From Macrostomum lignano (taxonomy: Eukaryota): a stretch of 64,000 nucleotides of DNA. Made by a program: the position numbers and the translations under genes. Within the stretch, counting starts at the first letter, position 1, and each line of letters opens with the position of its first letter. The notes under the pieces are model-generated. The model did not search any database. It was not told the DNA's origin and saw nothing but the letters and a program-made list of their open reading frames with translations. This document shows positions 20,930-32,880 of the stretch, one piece after another. The stretch lies in assembly GCA_002269645.1 (NCBI GenBank), contig NIVC01000525.1, positions 315,998 to 379,997 on the forward strand. The letters run 5' to 3'.

Positions 20930-21944
20930 AGGATCTGTATTCAATGCTACAGGATCACTGGCAAAACACGTTCAAGAAAAATTGGAGCTTCTGACTTGTT
21001 GTGAAACCGGTCTTGTTTCAAAAGTATAACAGCATCTGTGTTTCTACCATAGACAATTATTTCTTGGCCTCCAAGAAACGCCTGATGGAAGTCTCAACTC
21101 ATTTGAAAGAATGTTTTTTAGCCATAGACAATTATTTCTTGGAGTCCAAGAAATGAAAATACGAGCGTACACAGAGGAGATAGGCAGCTGGCCGGGCCAA
21201 AGCGGGGATTAAATTGCAAGTTTGCGTGTTGTCTATGGCCCAAACCTGTCTTTGCTCAGCAGGCTCTCAGTTTTGAATGACGACAAAAGCCATACTAATT
21301 TTAACAAATACTCCACGAGGAGCTTGTCTTTGTAGCAAGTCAAATCAAATCAATTTTATATCTTGATAGATTTTTTACTAGCTAGTGTGTTTCCGTTGCT
21401 ACCTGCCTGTATATTAATATTAAACTGTTTTTAACCGTTCAAATTGTGTAATAGATAATATATTAATATCCCGCGCGTAATACAGCTCGTACTACTGACA
21501 TAAGTAGACAGATTCTAGATTTTCATGCCCCAAAAAGAATAGCGGCAGTCAATATTCATAGAGAATATGACTTGTTGCTGGTTAACTGTACTTTTATAAG
21601 ATACTTTCTAACTTATTTTCGTTATTTTTGTACATTATCTACCTGCTAGCGCTGTAAGTTAAGCAAAGTTGGCCGCGGTTAGTACGTAAACGTGGCTTTT
21701 AATAGGCTTGAGAAGCTGAGATGCTTCCCATATTCACCCCGCTGAGCTTCTGAGCTGCCGCAGAAGCACGGAGGCAGGGTGGGAGTTGACACCCTTAAAG
21801 AATTCATGATAGTCTTGACCAGGATTTTGCGGGCATAAAAATGAGAGCAAAATTATACACTGTTTGATTAAGCTGACTCATTTCATTGATTCTGTCAATC
21901 GAGTGCCATTGATAATTGTCCCTTAGTAATTGAAAATTACCCCC

Positions 21945-22470
21945 CAATCATTGAGAATCGCCCCTTAGTCATTGAGAATCGCCCCTTAGTCATTGAGAAT
22001 CGCCCCTTAGTCATTGAGAATCGCCCCTTAATCATTGAGAATCGCCCCTTAATCATTGAGAATCGCCCCTTAGTCATTGAGAATTGCCCCTTAATCATTG
22101 AGAATTGCCCCTTAATCATTGAGAATCGCCCCTTAGTCATTGAGAATCGCCCCTTAATCATTGATAATCACCCCTTAGTCATTGAGAATTGCCCCTTAGT
22201 CAAGCATTGAGAATCGTCCCTTAGTCATTGAGAATCGTCCCTTAGTCATTGAGAATCGTCCCTTAGTCATTGAGAATCGTCCCTTAGTCATTGAAAATTG
22301 CCCCTTAGTTATTAAGAATCGCCTCTTAGTCATTCAGAATCGCCCCTCAATCATTGAGAATCGCCCCTTAGTCATTGAGAATCGCCCCTCAATCATTGAG
22401 AATCGCCCCTCAATCATTGAGAATCGCCCCTTAGTCATTGAGAATCGCCCCTTAATCATTGAGAATCGCC
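21945..22470. repeat. 21-bp minisatellite (CATTGAGAATCGCCCCTTAGT)
   Basis: About 25 units. Confidence 0.96.
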
Positions 22471-23030
22471 CTGAATGCTCGCTGATGATGAGAGCAGCCG
22501 GTAGCTGCTGATATTCGAGTAAGTAAGAAGCGAAAACGATGCTCTAAACTCGAACCAGGCGCTGGTTATAATTACAGGTGTAATTTCCGGTTTAAACGCA
22601 CCGCCTTTAGGCCTGCATTTGCGTCACTTGTGTGTTTGGCCTCTGCTGCTTGCAGGTTTCAAAAGTACAATCGAATTTTAGTCCTTACTTACAGGCAGGC
22701 GTCGCACTGCACTGCAGAATCGCGAAGCTGCTGCACTCAACCAACTCTCAAGTGTCCAAAGAAAAAAACTATTTCTCTAAGAAGCCCTTACAGCTGTCCC
22801 CATGCAACCTGGCAGTATAAGGTATTTGAGATGGAAAATGAAATTATCGATTTGCGTGCAAGAGTGGATTGAGTCAGGGACCCCAGGAAATTGCTCCGGA
22901 CTGGTAGCCGAACCGGGAAAATGGACCACAAAAGTAGAAGCAGAGGGACGCTACAGCAACTAAGAAATACGCGTAGCTTGATAAACTTGAGTGCGACTTG
23001 GATAAAGCATTTCGAATTCATAAGTCCATT

Positions 23031-23340
23031 TAATAATAATAATAATTGATTAAACCGGCCCCAATTGGGCCAGATGTGCAACCGACAGCTCAGCTGCAGC
23101 TATTGCGCAGCGCATCAGAAGGGTGCGTACGGCTGTTCAGTCCAAGGACTGGGGGGGGGTTGCCACACACACCCTCAATTACCCCAGCTAATGCTGGCAC
23201 CCATTTTACAGCTGGGTGAACTGCAGCAATGCAGTTTTAAGTGTCTTGCTCAAGGACACAAATTATTCCAGTGGTATCGGGAATCGAACCCCTGACCATT
23301 GAGTCCGAGTCCGACGCTCTAAACTCTCGGCTAAAGCCCC
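23031..23340 (-). mobile_element. tRNA-derived CORE-like SINE (family 1, copy b)
   Basis: Aligns along its length with 3228..3535 and has a (TTA)n tail on the minus strand at 23031-23046. Confidence 0.85.
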
Positions 23341-24270
23341 CTATCACATAAGTCTAAAAGATGTGATATTGCTAAAAAACAAAAATAGCTGCGATAACCG
23401 GCTTCCAGCCAAATTCACACGATTTTCAAGATGCTTTCCTTTATTTCAGTTGTCTATGGGACTTATTTAAAGCTGAATAAGCTGTTAATTTTTTGTAACT
23501 ACATTATAAAAAGTGGTCTCCAGTCCAGTCCAAGTATAGCCTTAGGCGTCCTTGGCATATGTAAATAAAAGTCGGCATCAAGCCAGCCTCAGCCTTGCTG
23601 TTTCCCTGCCGAGTAGTGTGCCGGATTCAATTTCCGGTAGAGAATCTGCAGGAGCCTCCCCGCAGCTGTTCAAATCTTCATATTTCACATTTATAAGAAT
23701 CTGGATGACCAACTTAAATACACGTCAGAGGGCCGACAGAAGGAACCTGCAGAAAGACAAATGCGCTTGAATACGAACAGGATCTGGCGTAGCTGGATGT
23801 ACGTCTGTAGATGGAACCGAACTTACAACCTTAGTTTTATATTAAGAATCCAGACTATGTCTATGGCTAGAACCCTCTAGGTCATCACAGACCTCATAGC
23901 CTTCTACGATTTCCATAGAGTTAGCACTCCAGATTCTTAGTTCATGGTCTCCTTGGCAACTAAATTATAAGCAGCAGATTCGATTCGTTACGCGCTGCGA
24001 GATTTCAAAGAAAAAGGATTTCCTAGAAATGCAAGCCTTCTCACATTTCCTCAATCCTCCTCGCAGATTCTCTGAAAAAATAGCAAAATTTAATTACATT
24101 AGCAGCTGAAGATTTGCCTTATTTACTCAACTTTGTTTATGAAGTCGGTCGGCAGAAAATCCTTAATCTCAATTTCTGAAGAAGGGAAAGTCTAAAGAAA
24201 ACCGTTACACAGATCTCAACAACTTTACAAGCCGGAAAATTTCATAGCGCCAAAATACGCTCGTAGCGGT

Positions 24271-24445
24271 TAGGTTCCAGGGTAGCTACAGAATGGGGTT
24301 CCAGGGTAGCTACAGAATGGGGTTCCAGGGTAGCTATAGAATGGGGTTCCAGGGTAGCTACAGAATGGGGTTCCAGGGTAGCTACAGAATGGGGTTCCAG
24401 GGTAGCTATAGAATGGGGTTCCAGGGTAGCTATAGAATGGGGATC
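24271..24445. repeat. 24-bp minisatellite (GGTTCCAGGGTAGCTACAGAATGG)
   Basis: About 7 units. Confidence 0.95.
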
Positions 24446-24962
24446 CAGAGTAGACAGATTAGCTATCAAGTGCACACAATGTACTACTTCAATACATGGT
24501 TATTTTCGCAGTCGCGCAAGAAAAAGCTCTTTCTCCTTTAACTGAGACTAATCTGTTAATTAGTGTAATTAGTTTTCCAGAGACACAAATTGCGGCAGTT
24601 GACTCGAACTGCGCACTGGACAGAGTTGAGTAAATGGCGCAGTGTGTATTTCAATCCGTGGCGCACAAAACTGTTTAGCCGGAGCCGTTGGGAGGATTAT
24701 AGTAGAGAATTAAATGTAGGTTGCCGAAAGGCTGTCAGCCAGGCAGAGGTATTAGTAATACTACTACTATTATCTATTAATTAGTATTATATGCATGCAG
24801 ATTTTTCTGGCCAGTTGGGACGTGCGTGATTAGTGAATATTATATGCAATCATCTTATACGGATTCGAATTCACGCCAGTCTGGTATTTCACAAATTTTG
24901 CATTTGTTAAAATCCAATCGGGATCACGTGGTCACTGACTTCTAAGAAAACGAACTCGAAGC

Positions 24963-26852
24963 TCAGATCAGCGTCTCGCGCGCGATCGGCGACTGCGAAC
25001 TGTCGCCATAGTAACGGCGCACAATGCGCGGCGGCCGGTAGGCGCCAAAATCGGCAACGCCGGCGTCACCGCTGCCGGTGGTGGCGCCGTCGTTGAAATC
25101 GTCGCCGCAGAAGCTGCTCTCGGCGTAGCGCGGGCCCAGCCGCCTGGCCCGTCGGCCGGAGTTCGAGCATCTCTCGCAGCCGTTGCAGCCGACCACCAGC
25201 CGCGCCGGCCCAGTGCTGTAGGGCGGGGGCGGCTGCCGCTGATCGGCGAGCAGATGAGGTCGGGGAGGCTGCCGAGCCAGCAGTGGCTCCTGCAGGCACA
25301 GCGGCGGCGGCGGCGGCGGATACGGCAGCGCCTTGGAGGCGACGCCAGCGGCGGCGAACTGCGGAAGCAGCGGCGATGGCGGAGTTCGCGACCTCTCCGG
25401 CTGCTGCTGCTGCTGCCATTGCCGGAGCACCGGCGAGCTGCCTTGGTTCAACTGACGGTGGCGTTGGCATCGCTGACGATGTCGACGCCTCCTCTGCTCC
25501 CGGTGGCACCGTCGGCGGCTGGCGCTGCGCGCCTCCTCCCCGGCGCTCTCCTCGTCGACATCCTCGCTGGACCGGCCCGACTGGTACTCCATCTCCAGCT
25601 CCTCCGGCGCTGCCTCGTCGTCCTCCTCGAACTCATCTTGGTCTTCTTCTTTCGACTCGTTCCCGTCTCTCTCGTCTTCCTTCTTAGTGCCGCCGGCGCT
25701 CCGTCGACGCCGACGCCCGACGTCGCAATAGTCGACGCGCGCCCGCTGCAGGCTGGCCCGCTGCTTCTGGCTGGCGATGCGCAGCAGGATGACGTCGCAC
25801 AGCATGGAGGACAGGCCGAACAGGGCCAGGCCGCTGCCCAGGTTCATCGACAGTCTGTAGAAATCGAACCGGCCGCCCTCGCCGCTGACCGTGACGAAGA
25901 TCTTGATGCCGTAGGCGTGCACCAGCATCCGACGGTCCTGGCCCTCGCTCCTGTAGTTGTAGGCGTACTGCACGGAGAAGCCCTCAATGTCCGTGCCTTT
26001 GCCGATGTCCAGCTCGCGGAAGTGGTACTTGGGCAGGCAGTGCTCCTCCGGCAGGTCGAAGTTGCACTGCCAGGAAATGTCGATGCCGAACGCGCCGCCG
26101 ATTTTGTAGACCTCCTCGCTGGTGGTGCCAGAATAGGCGAGGATGTCGCCGAGGCGGAACACTGGGCAGTAGGTGAGGTTTGGGTGCGCCTTGTCGTACA
26201 GGCAGGTGTTCAGGTACTCGCTGGTCATCCAGTCCAGGATGTTGCGCCGTTTCTTATCGAATGCTCGAAAATCGACGCTGTTTTTTAGCTGGACGGTGAA
26301 GTTCCTGGCACGGGTGAGCACCGAGCCGACTGGCAGGTTGAAGGCGTCCTGACTGGGCGCCGGGCACCAGCCGTAGCTGATGCAGGTTCTCGTGTCCGGG
26401 CTGCACCGGCCCGTGCGCCGGCCCTGACTGCTGATGCTGCCGGCCAGACAATCGCCGTCCTGATGGCAGTGTCCGACCGACTCCGGACACTCGCTCATGG
26501 CCTGCTTGTCGGTCACCCGAGCATTTGTTGTAATGAAAATGGCGCCATTCATGATCGGTGGTATGATGTAATCGGCCGAGTCCCACACTCTGGCGCCGTA
26601 GTCCGGATCTCCCGACCTGTTCACAAAGTCCAGGCCCTTCACTTTGAACACCACGCCGCCCTCCGGCGTCTCTATAACCTGGTAGCCTTTCTTGTGCCAG
26701 ATAATGTAGAACAGGAAGTAGACAATGACAGACAGCTGCACGCTGCGGTAGAACAGGCCGAACTTGACGCTGCGAATCACCACCACTTTCTGCAGGCGGT
26801 ACTCGAAGAACCCAGCCAGCATGCGGCTGAAGAACGATCTCAGGGAGCACAT
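24963..26852 (-). CDS. P2RX: P2X-family ion channel, intronless, atypical (629 aa from ATG 26852)
   Basis: FFEY N-terminus, TM1, WHKKGYQ, KVKG, WDSADY, ten ectodomain Cys, NFTVQLKN, CPVFRLG, AYG and TM2 GSGLALFG...LCD. It has a long acidic, Arg-rich and Pro-rich C-terminal tail. Confidence 0.95.
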   Translation of the reverse strand: MCSLRSFFSRMLAGFFEYRLQKVVVIRSVKFGLFYRSVQLSVIVYFLFYIIWHKKGYQVIETPEGGVVFKVKGLDFVNRSGDPDYGARVWDSADYIIPPIMNGAIFITTNARVTDKQAMSECPESVGHCHQDGDCLAGSISSQGRRTGRCSPDTRTCISYGWCPAPSQDAFNLPVGSVLTRARNFTVQLKNSVDFRAFDKKRRNILDWMTSEYLNTCLYDKAHPNLTYCPVFRLGDILAYSGTTSEEVYKIGGAFGIDISWQCNFDLPEEHCLPKYHFRELDIGKGTDIEGFSVQYAYNYRSEGQDRRMLVHAYGIKIFVTVSGEGGRFDFYRLSMNLGSGLALFGLSSMLCDVILLRIASQKQRASLQRARVDYCDVGRRRRRSAGGTKKEDERDGNESKEEDQDEFEEDDEAAPEELEMEYQSGRSSEDVDEESAGEEARSASRRRCHREQRRRRHRQRCQRHRQLNQGSSPVLRQWQQQQQPERSRTPPSPLLPQFAAAGVASKALPYPPPPPPLCLQEPLLARQPPRPHLLADQRQPPPPYSTGPARLVVGCNGCERCSNSGRRARRLGPRYAESSFCGDDFNDGATTGSGDAGVADFGAYRPPRIVRRYYGDSSQSPIARETLI

Positions 26853-28689
26853 CCTGGCCGGACTCTGGGAACCTGCCAACCGACTCTAGGAAAACCGGCC
26901 TTCCCTCCCGAGTAGAGCGTCTACCTTAAAGCGTCTACTGTCGCGTGGACGCGGAGGGAAGCTGCATGGAACTCGCGGATAGTGATTGGACAAGCAGCGC
27001 TGGCAACCCCCCTTCAAGCCCGTCCCCCCGGTCTCCTCCCTTCCATTCTCTCCAGAACCTTTTTCTCCAACTAGCGGCAGCTTCTCCCCATTGCCAATAA
27101 AATTCAACACACTGGCTGCATGAGGCCCGATGGTGACAGGGACAGCAGAGGAGAGCGATATTGCCTGAGCAGGGAGGGAGGGGAGGAACGGGCGAGGGGC
27201 GCTCGACTACAGAGAAGAAGCATGAAGGCCTCGGAGACAAGGGTAAAGGCGTTTGGCAGAGGCTAAAAGGGGAAGAAAGGGCCTTTCGGGCTTGCGGCGC
27301 CAGCCCGCGGGGCAAGGGCGCTGGAGATTAAAAAAATGACGGAAAAGGAAAGAAGGGAGCAGAGAGAGCTGGGCGGAGAGATTGGAGATCTGAAAGACGA
27401 GTATGGGAGGAACCGGCTAGAGGAAGAGAAAGTTCAGCCGATTTCGACCCGATATTTCCCCCTGTCTAATAAAGCTAGGGATGCCCCATCGAATCGCGGG
27501 CAAATCCCAGTCCGCCTGATCCCGACTCACAGGCTCACTCTGTTTCTGCTCCGCCGATCATCTTGGCTAGAGCCCGCGCCTCTGGGGAGCGCGCTCAACC
27601 CCCTGGCAGGCGATATAGGCTTCATCATCCATCCCGCTGATCAGCCTCCCCCTCCTCTGATCCCTGCCAGTATCTCTTCTACAGGGAGACTTATACTGAG
27701 GAGCTGATCCCATGCGAAGGGGAGAAGACAGGCAGACCGACGGCTAGATGACGAGAACCCCTGCCCCGCGGCCTGAGACAATACACGCACATAGACGGCA
27801 AGTTTACGAATGCGGCTACCATAGGACAGCTTCCAGATCGAATTAAACAAAAGCTCGATAGAGAAAGAGAGAAAGAATGGTTTAATAAAACCATGGGCTG
27901 CGTAGGCGGAGGCAAGGCGAAAGAAGTGTGGGAGTGAGGCATAGGCCAGCTAAAATCGACTGCTGCACGGCAATAACACGAACTATAAGCCCTGGAAACT
28001 CAGAACTTGGAGCAAAGTGGGCAAGCACTCCAAGGACAGGCAGATCTGAGCAGGGGGGGGGGGGGGTTCAGCAGGAAAGAGGCGGAGAAAGAGGAAGTAT
28101 ACTTGGCAGCAACGTGCAACCTGCATCTGTGTGTTGGGGTTGCTGATCGATGAATAGGCTGCGTTCCCCATTTTTCCTCAAAAAAGGAGGGCCTGAGGGA
28201 GACACTGGCTGCTGCTCCCCCAGTTTCCACCCAACCACTCCCCCGCTCCATCCCCTAGGGTTGGGTGGTGTATGATGCGAGAAAGAAAACTGGGGATTTT
28301 TCGCCCCCAATTCCCCTTTCCGATCCTGTTTCGTCAAGCCCAGCTGGCTGCATAGCGAGGCCGAGAATGCAGCGCGTGAGCAATGGGCTTGGCAGCTCAA
28401 TAGACAAAAACATAATCGGGAGAGACAAGTCTATCGTCAGGTGCAGACTCAGAGACAGAGGCAGCTCGCTCTAATGCACTGAAATGTTTGCATATATAAC
28501 ATTAATAGATGTTTGGATTCTATCGTAGAATCTCAATTCAAATTTCGGCAGGTACATTTTCCCCGGAGTACTGCTCCCAGCTGAAAATAATTCCCGCGCA
28601 GGCGAATCGATATCGCGCGACTAAATTCGCTAATTTCATTTCTTAGAAGTGTGCAGCACCAATTAGATAGCTGCCTATCAGACTGCCTA

Positions 28690-29850
28690 ATCTGCCTGTC
28701 TCAGCAGTTGCCCAGACTCTTAATCTCCTACCTGTCTCATTAGTACCCAGTCTCGCTAATCTATCTGCCTCATCAGTGCCCAGTCTCATCGATGTACTTG
28801 CCTCATCAGTGCCCAGTCTCCTCGATGTACCCGCCTCATCAGTGCCCAGTCTCCTCGATGTACTTGCCTCATCAGTAACCAGTCTTGCTAATCTACCTGC
28901 CTCACCAGTGCCCAGTCTCCTCAATGTACCTGCCTCATCAGTGCCCAGTCTCATCGATGTACTTGCCTCATCAGTGCCCAGTCTCCTCGATGTACTTGCC
29001 TCATCAGTAACCAGTCTTGCTAATCTACCTGCCTCACCAGTGCCCAGTCTCCTCAATGTACCTGCCTCATCAGTGCCCAGTCTCCTCGATGTACTTGCCT
29101 CATCAGTACCCAGTCTTGCTAATCTACCTGCCTCACCAGTGCCCAGTCTCCTCAATGTACCTGCCTCATCAGTGCCCAGTCTCCTCAATGTACCTGCCTC
29201 ACCAGTGCCCAGTCTCCTCAATGTACCTGCCTCATCAGTGCCCAGTCTCCTCGATGTACTTGCCTCATCAGTAACCAGTCTTGCTAATCTACCTGCCTCA
29301 CCAGTGCCCAGTCTCCTCAATGTACCTGCCTCATCAGTGCCCAGTCTCCTCGATGTACTTGCCTCATCAGTACCCAGTCTTGCTAATCTACCTGCCTCAC
29401 CAGTGCCCAGTCTCCTCAATGTACCTGCCTCATCAGTGCCCAGTCTCCTCAATGTACCTGCCTCATCAGTGCCCAGTCTCCTCAATGCACCTGCCTCATC
29501 AGTGCCCAGTCTGCTCGATGTACGCGTACTTGCCTCATCAGTGTCCAGTCTCCTCGATGTACCTGCCTCATCAGTGCCCAGTCTCCTCAATGTACCTGCC
29601 TCATCAGTGCCCAGTCTCCTCAATGCACCTGCCTCATCAGTGCCCAGTCTGCTCGATGTACGCGTACTTGCCTCATCAGTGTCCAGTCTCCTCGATGTAC
29701 CTGCCTCATCAGTGCCCAGTCTCCTCAATGTACCTGCCTCATCAGTGCCCAGTCTCCTCAATGTACCTGCCTCATCAGTGCCCAGTCTCCTCGATGTACC
29801 TGGCTCATCAGTGCCCAGTCTCCTCGATGGACTTGCCTCATCAGTGCCCA
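28690..29850. repeat. 33-bp complex minisatellite (CAGTGCCCAGTCTCCTCAATGTACCTGCCTCAT) with higher-order variant pattern
   Basis: About 35 units. It explains the RRLGTDEAG and VPSLL ORFs. Confidence 0.95.
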
Positions 29851-30106
29851 GTCCCGCTAATCCCTCGCAAATCTTTCAGACAAATTTGAATTACACTAGA
29901 GTTACAAGTCAAAAATGAAGACCTCTCTTGTTAAATTTTGTTTCCACTTCTCAAGCAACAATAAACAAACGATCAGACCAACTCATACAGTTTATTTCAG
30001 CTTCTGTCTCCATCTGATTTAACGCATTACCGAACTCATCCGTACACTCGACTAAACAAAACTGTCAATCAAGCTAACAGACACAACGGCACAGTTAGGC
30101 TAGCTT

Positions 30107-32032
30107 TTAAGCCTCCATCGCGTTGGCATCGGCCTCGGAGTACTTGCCCTTCTCGGCGCCTCGGGCCCTGCCGGCGGCTTTGCGGTCCAACAGGCCGCGC
30201 CTGTCCCGGTCCAGCTTGAGCTTCGTGATCACCACCTGAGGCGGAATTCATAGGTGAGGGTCTTTGAAGTGAAGACTGCGGCTCTTGAAAGTTTGGTTAT
30301 GGCGATTCTTAATGGGGCTGGGGGCGATTCCTAATGGGGTCGGGGCGATTCTTAATGGGGTTGGGGCGATTCTTAATGGGGTTGGGGCGATTCCTAATGG
30401 GGTTGGGGCGATTCTTAATGGGGTTGGGGCGATTCCTAATGGGGTTGGGGCAATTCCTAATGGGGTTGAGGGCGATTATTAATGGGGTTGGGGGCGATTC
30501 CTAATGGGGTTGAGGGCGACTCATAATGGGGTTGGGGGCGATTCCTAATGGGGCTGGGCGATTCCTAATGAGGGTTTGGGGGCGATTTTTAATAGGTATT
30601 TTGCAATGGGGTTCTTAAAATGTTTTTGAGCAGCATGTAAAAGTCAAAAATTGAAAGTCAATAGTTCAAGTCTATTAGTGGGAGAGAAAAACCAGCAGTC
30701 GAGTCGAGAACACGCTAACCATACTAAATAGCAGGAAGCTTAGTCTGCCTGATGAGTAAAATAGTACTCAAATGTCTGGCCTTACAAATTATCAAAAGAC
30801 TGGTTTCCAATCATTTTTGCTTCGCATGAGAGCAAGAGACGAAAAAAAGTTGCTTTTATATTAAAGAATTTCAGACGATGCAGTCAGGACAGGTGCATGC
30901 GTGTGTAGAAGCTAATATGGCAAAGGTGTGCGTTTCTAGATCCGAAAACAGCGTCATTGGAGGGGTGTTCTTCAAGCCGAAGGGAGCCGAGCCTAAGATG
31001 GGTGTCTGTGGAGCCTAAGATGGGTGTCTGTGGAGCCTAATATGGGTGTCTGTGGAGCCTAAGATGGGTGTCTGTGGAGCCTAAGATGGGTGTCTGTGGA
31101 GCCTAAGATGGGTGTCTGTGGAGCCTAAGATGGGTGTCTGTGGAGCCTAAGATGGGTGTCTGTGGAACCTAAGATGGGTGTCTGTGGAGCCTAAGATGGG
31201 TATCTGTGGAGCCTAAGATGGGTGTCTGTGGAGCCTAAGATGGGTGTCTGTGGAGCCTAAGATGGGTGTCTGTGGAGCCTAAGATGGGTGTCTGTGGAGC
31301 CTAAGATGGGTATCTGTGGAGCCTTAGATGGGTGTCTGTGGAGCCTAAGATGGGTGTCTGTGGAGCCTAAGATGGGTGTCTGTGGAGCCTAAGATGGGTG
31401 TCTGTGGAGCCTAAGATGGGTGTCCGGGAAGCCTAAGATGGGTGTTTGTGAAGGCTAAGTTGGGTGTCTGTAAAGGCTAAGATGGGTGTTTGTGGAGCCT
31501 AAGATGGGTGTCTGTGGAGCCTAAGATAGGTGTCCGGGAAGCCTAAGATGTGTTAGTGGAGCCTAAGATGGGTGTCCAGGCTAAGATGGTTGTCTGTAAA
31601 GGCTAAGATGGGTGTCCGGGAAGCCTAAATGCCTTACATCTTTTTTCGGTGAACTTGAAGCGAAATGGTGAACAGTAATAGAGGGGTCACGTCTAAAAAA
31701 GCAGAACTTCCGTCCATTATTACCTTGCTAGGATGCAGGTTAACATAGACGGTAGCACCGTTAGCCTTCTCCCTTTGAATCCGTTCCACGTGGATGACAT
31801 ACTTGGAACGATAGACTGCCACCACTTTGCCAGTCTGGGTGCCCTTGTGGTGACCCCGGACAAGTTGCACCTCGTCGTCTTTGCGGATGGGCATAGAGCG
31901 GACATTGTACTTGGTGCGCAGCTCCTTGGACAGCGGAGCCGACATCAGCTTGCGTCGAATGTGCGACGGCGCATTGAAATAGCGCTGGCGATTCTTCCGC
32001 TTGGAGCTGGTGACGCTCTTGTTGAACTTCAT
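30107..32032 (-). CDS. RPL26: 60S ribosomal protein L26 (uL24), 145 aa, 2 coding exons
   Basis: Exons 32032-31724 ([24 protein letters not shown]...HPSK) and 30235-30107 ([12 protein letters not shown]...MEA*). A probable non-coding first exon has its GTGAGT donor near 32092. Confidence 0.97.
30310..30590. repeat. About 21-bp minisatellite (GGGCGATTCCTAATGGGGTTG) in RPL26 intron
   Basis: Tandem G-rich units. Confidence 0.93.
31005..31625. repeat. 22-bp minisatellite (GCCTAAGATGGGTGTCTGTGGA) in RPL26 intron
   Basis: About 28 units. Confidence 0.96.
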
Positions 32033-32391
32033 CTCTGCTGCTGCAATAGTTAACAATTGCGATTTGATTATTGTTGAATCCGTTAACTCACATCAGTTCG
32101 CGATCTCCACGCAGCAGACAATACAACGATTTTCCCCCTCAAACTCAAAAGTGAATCAGTTCCCACTGTTAATAATTACGCAACTGATACTGCCATTTGA
32201 CTGCCGGGTAGTGTTGTTTGGTGGTATAAGGAATATGATTTCATCCTTTGACTTTGGACCTGTGATTCTAAAATATAATCGAGGTTTTTGTATACTACAA
32301 GTACATACTTTACGAGTATAAAAGATGCATAGCCATGAATTTTTATTAGGGATGGGGGCGTCATGGGGTAGGGGTGCCACCTCGGAGGCGT

Positions 32392-32880
32392 CAAGTTAGG
32401 GACGCTATCGTGGGGGCGCCATTTCGAGTACACAATCGTTAGGGACGCTATCGTGGGGGCGCCATTTCGAGTACACAATCGTTAGGGACGCTATCGTGGG
32501 GGCGCCATTTCGAGTACACAATCGTTAGGGACGCTATCGTGGGGGCGCCATTTTAAGTACACAATCGTTAGGGACGCTATCATGGGGGCGCCATTTTAAG
32601 TACACAATCGTTAGGGACGCTAACGTGGGGGCGCCATTTTAAGTACACAATCGTTAGGGACGCTATCGTGGGGCGCCATTTTAAGTACACAATCGTTAGG
32701 GACGCTATCATGGGGGCGCCATCTTGAGTACACAATCGTTAGGGACGCTATCATGGGGGCGCCATCTTGAGTACACAATCGTTAGGGACGCTATCATGGG
32801 GGCGCCATCTTGAGTACACAATCGTTAGAGACGCTATCATGGGGGCGCCATCTTGAGTACACAATCGTTAGGGACGCTAT
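32392..32880. repeat. 43-bp minisatellite (GTTAGGGACGCTATCGTGGGGGCGCCATTTCGAGTACACAATC) upstream of RPL26
   Basis: About 11 contiguous units with no spacers. Confidence 0.96.

Noticed and set aside
19980-23000. Plus-strand gene assembled from scattered AG/GT-bounded segments
   Set aside because: I could not join the segments into a consistent phase-compatible model.
25254-26288. 344-aa antisense ORF over P2X, and overlapping ORFs in the mariner
   Set aside because: These are expected shadows of GC-rich codon usage, with no recognisable protein features.
27100-28500. Purine-rich regions with short ORFs (also 33870-34660) as genes or LTRs
   Set aside because: No motifs, terminal repeats, PBS or PPT could be supported; left unassigned.
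30870-30960. Box C/D snoRNA candidate in the RPL26 intron (AUGACG...CUGA on the sense strand)
   Set aside because: The C box is non-canonical, there is no terminal stem, and I recognise no rRNA guide complementarity. It would need snoscan or small-RNA data.
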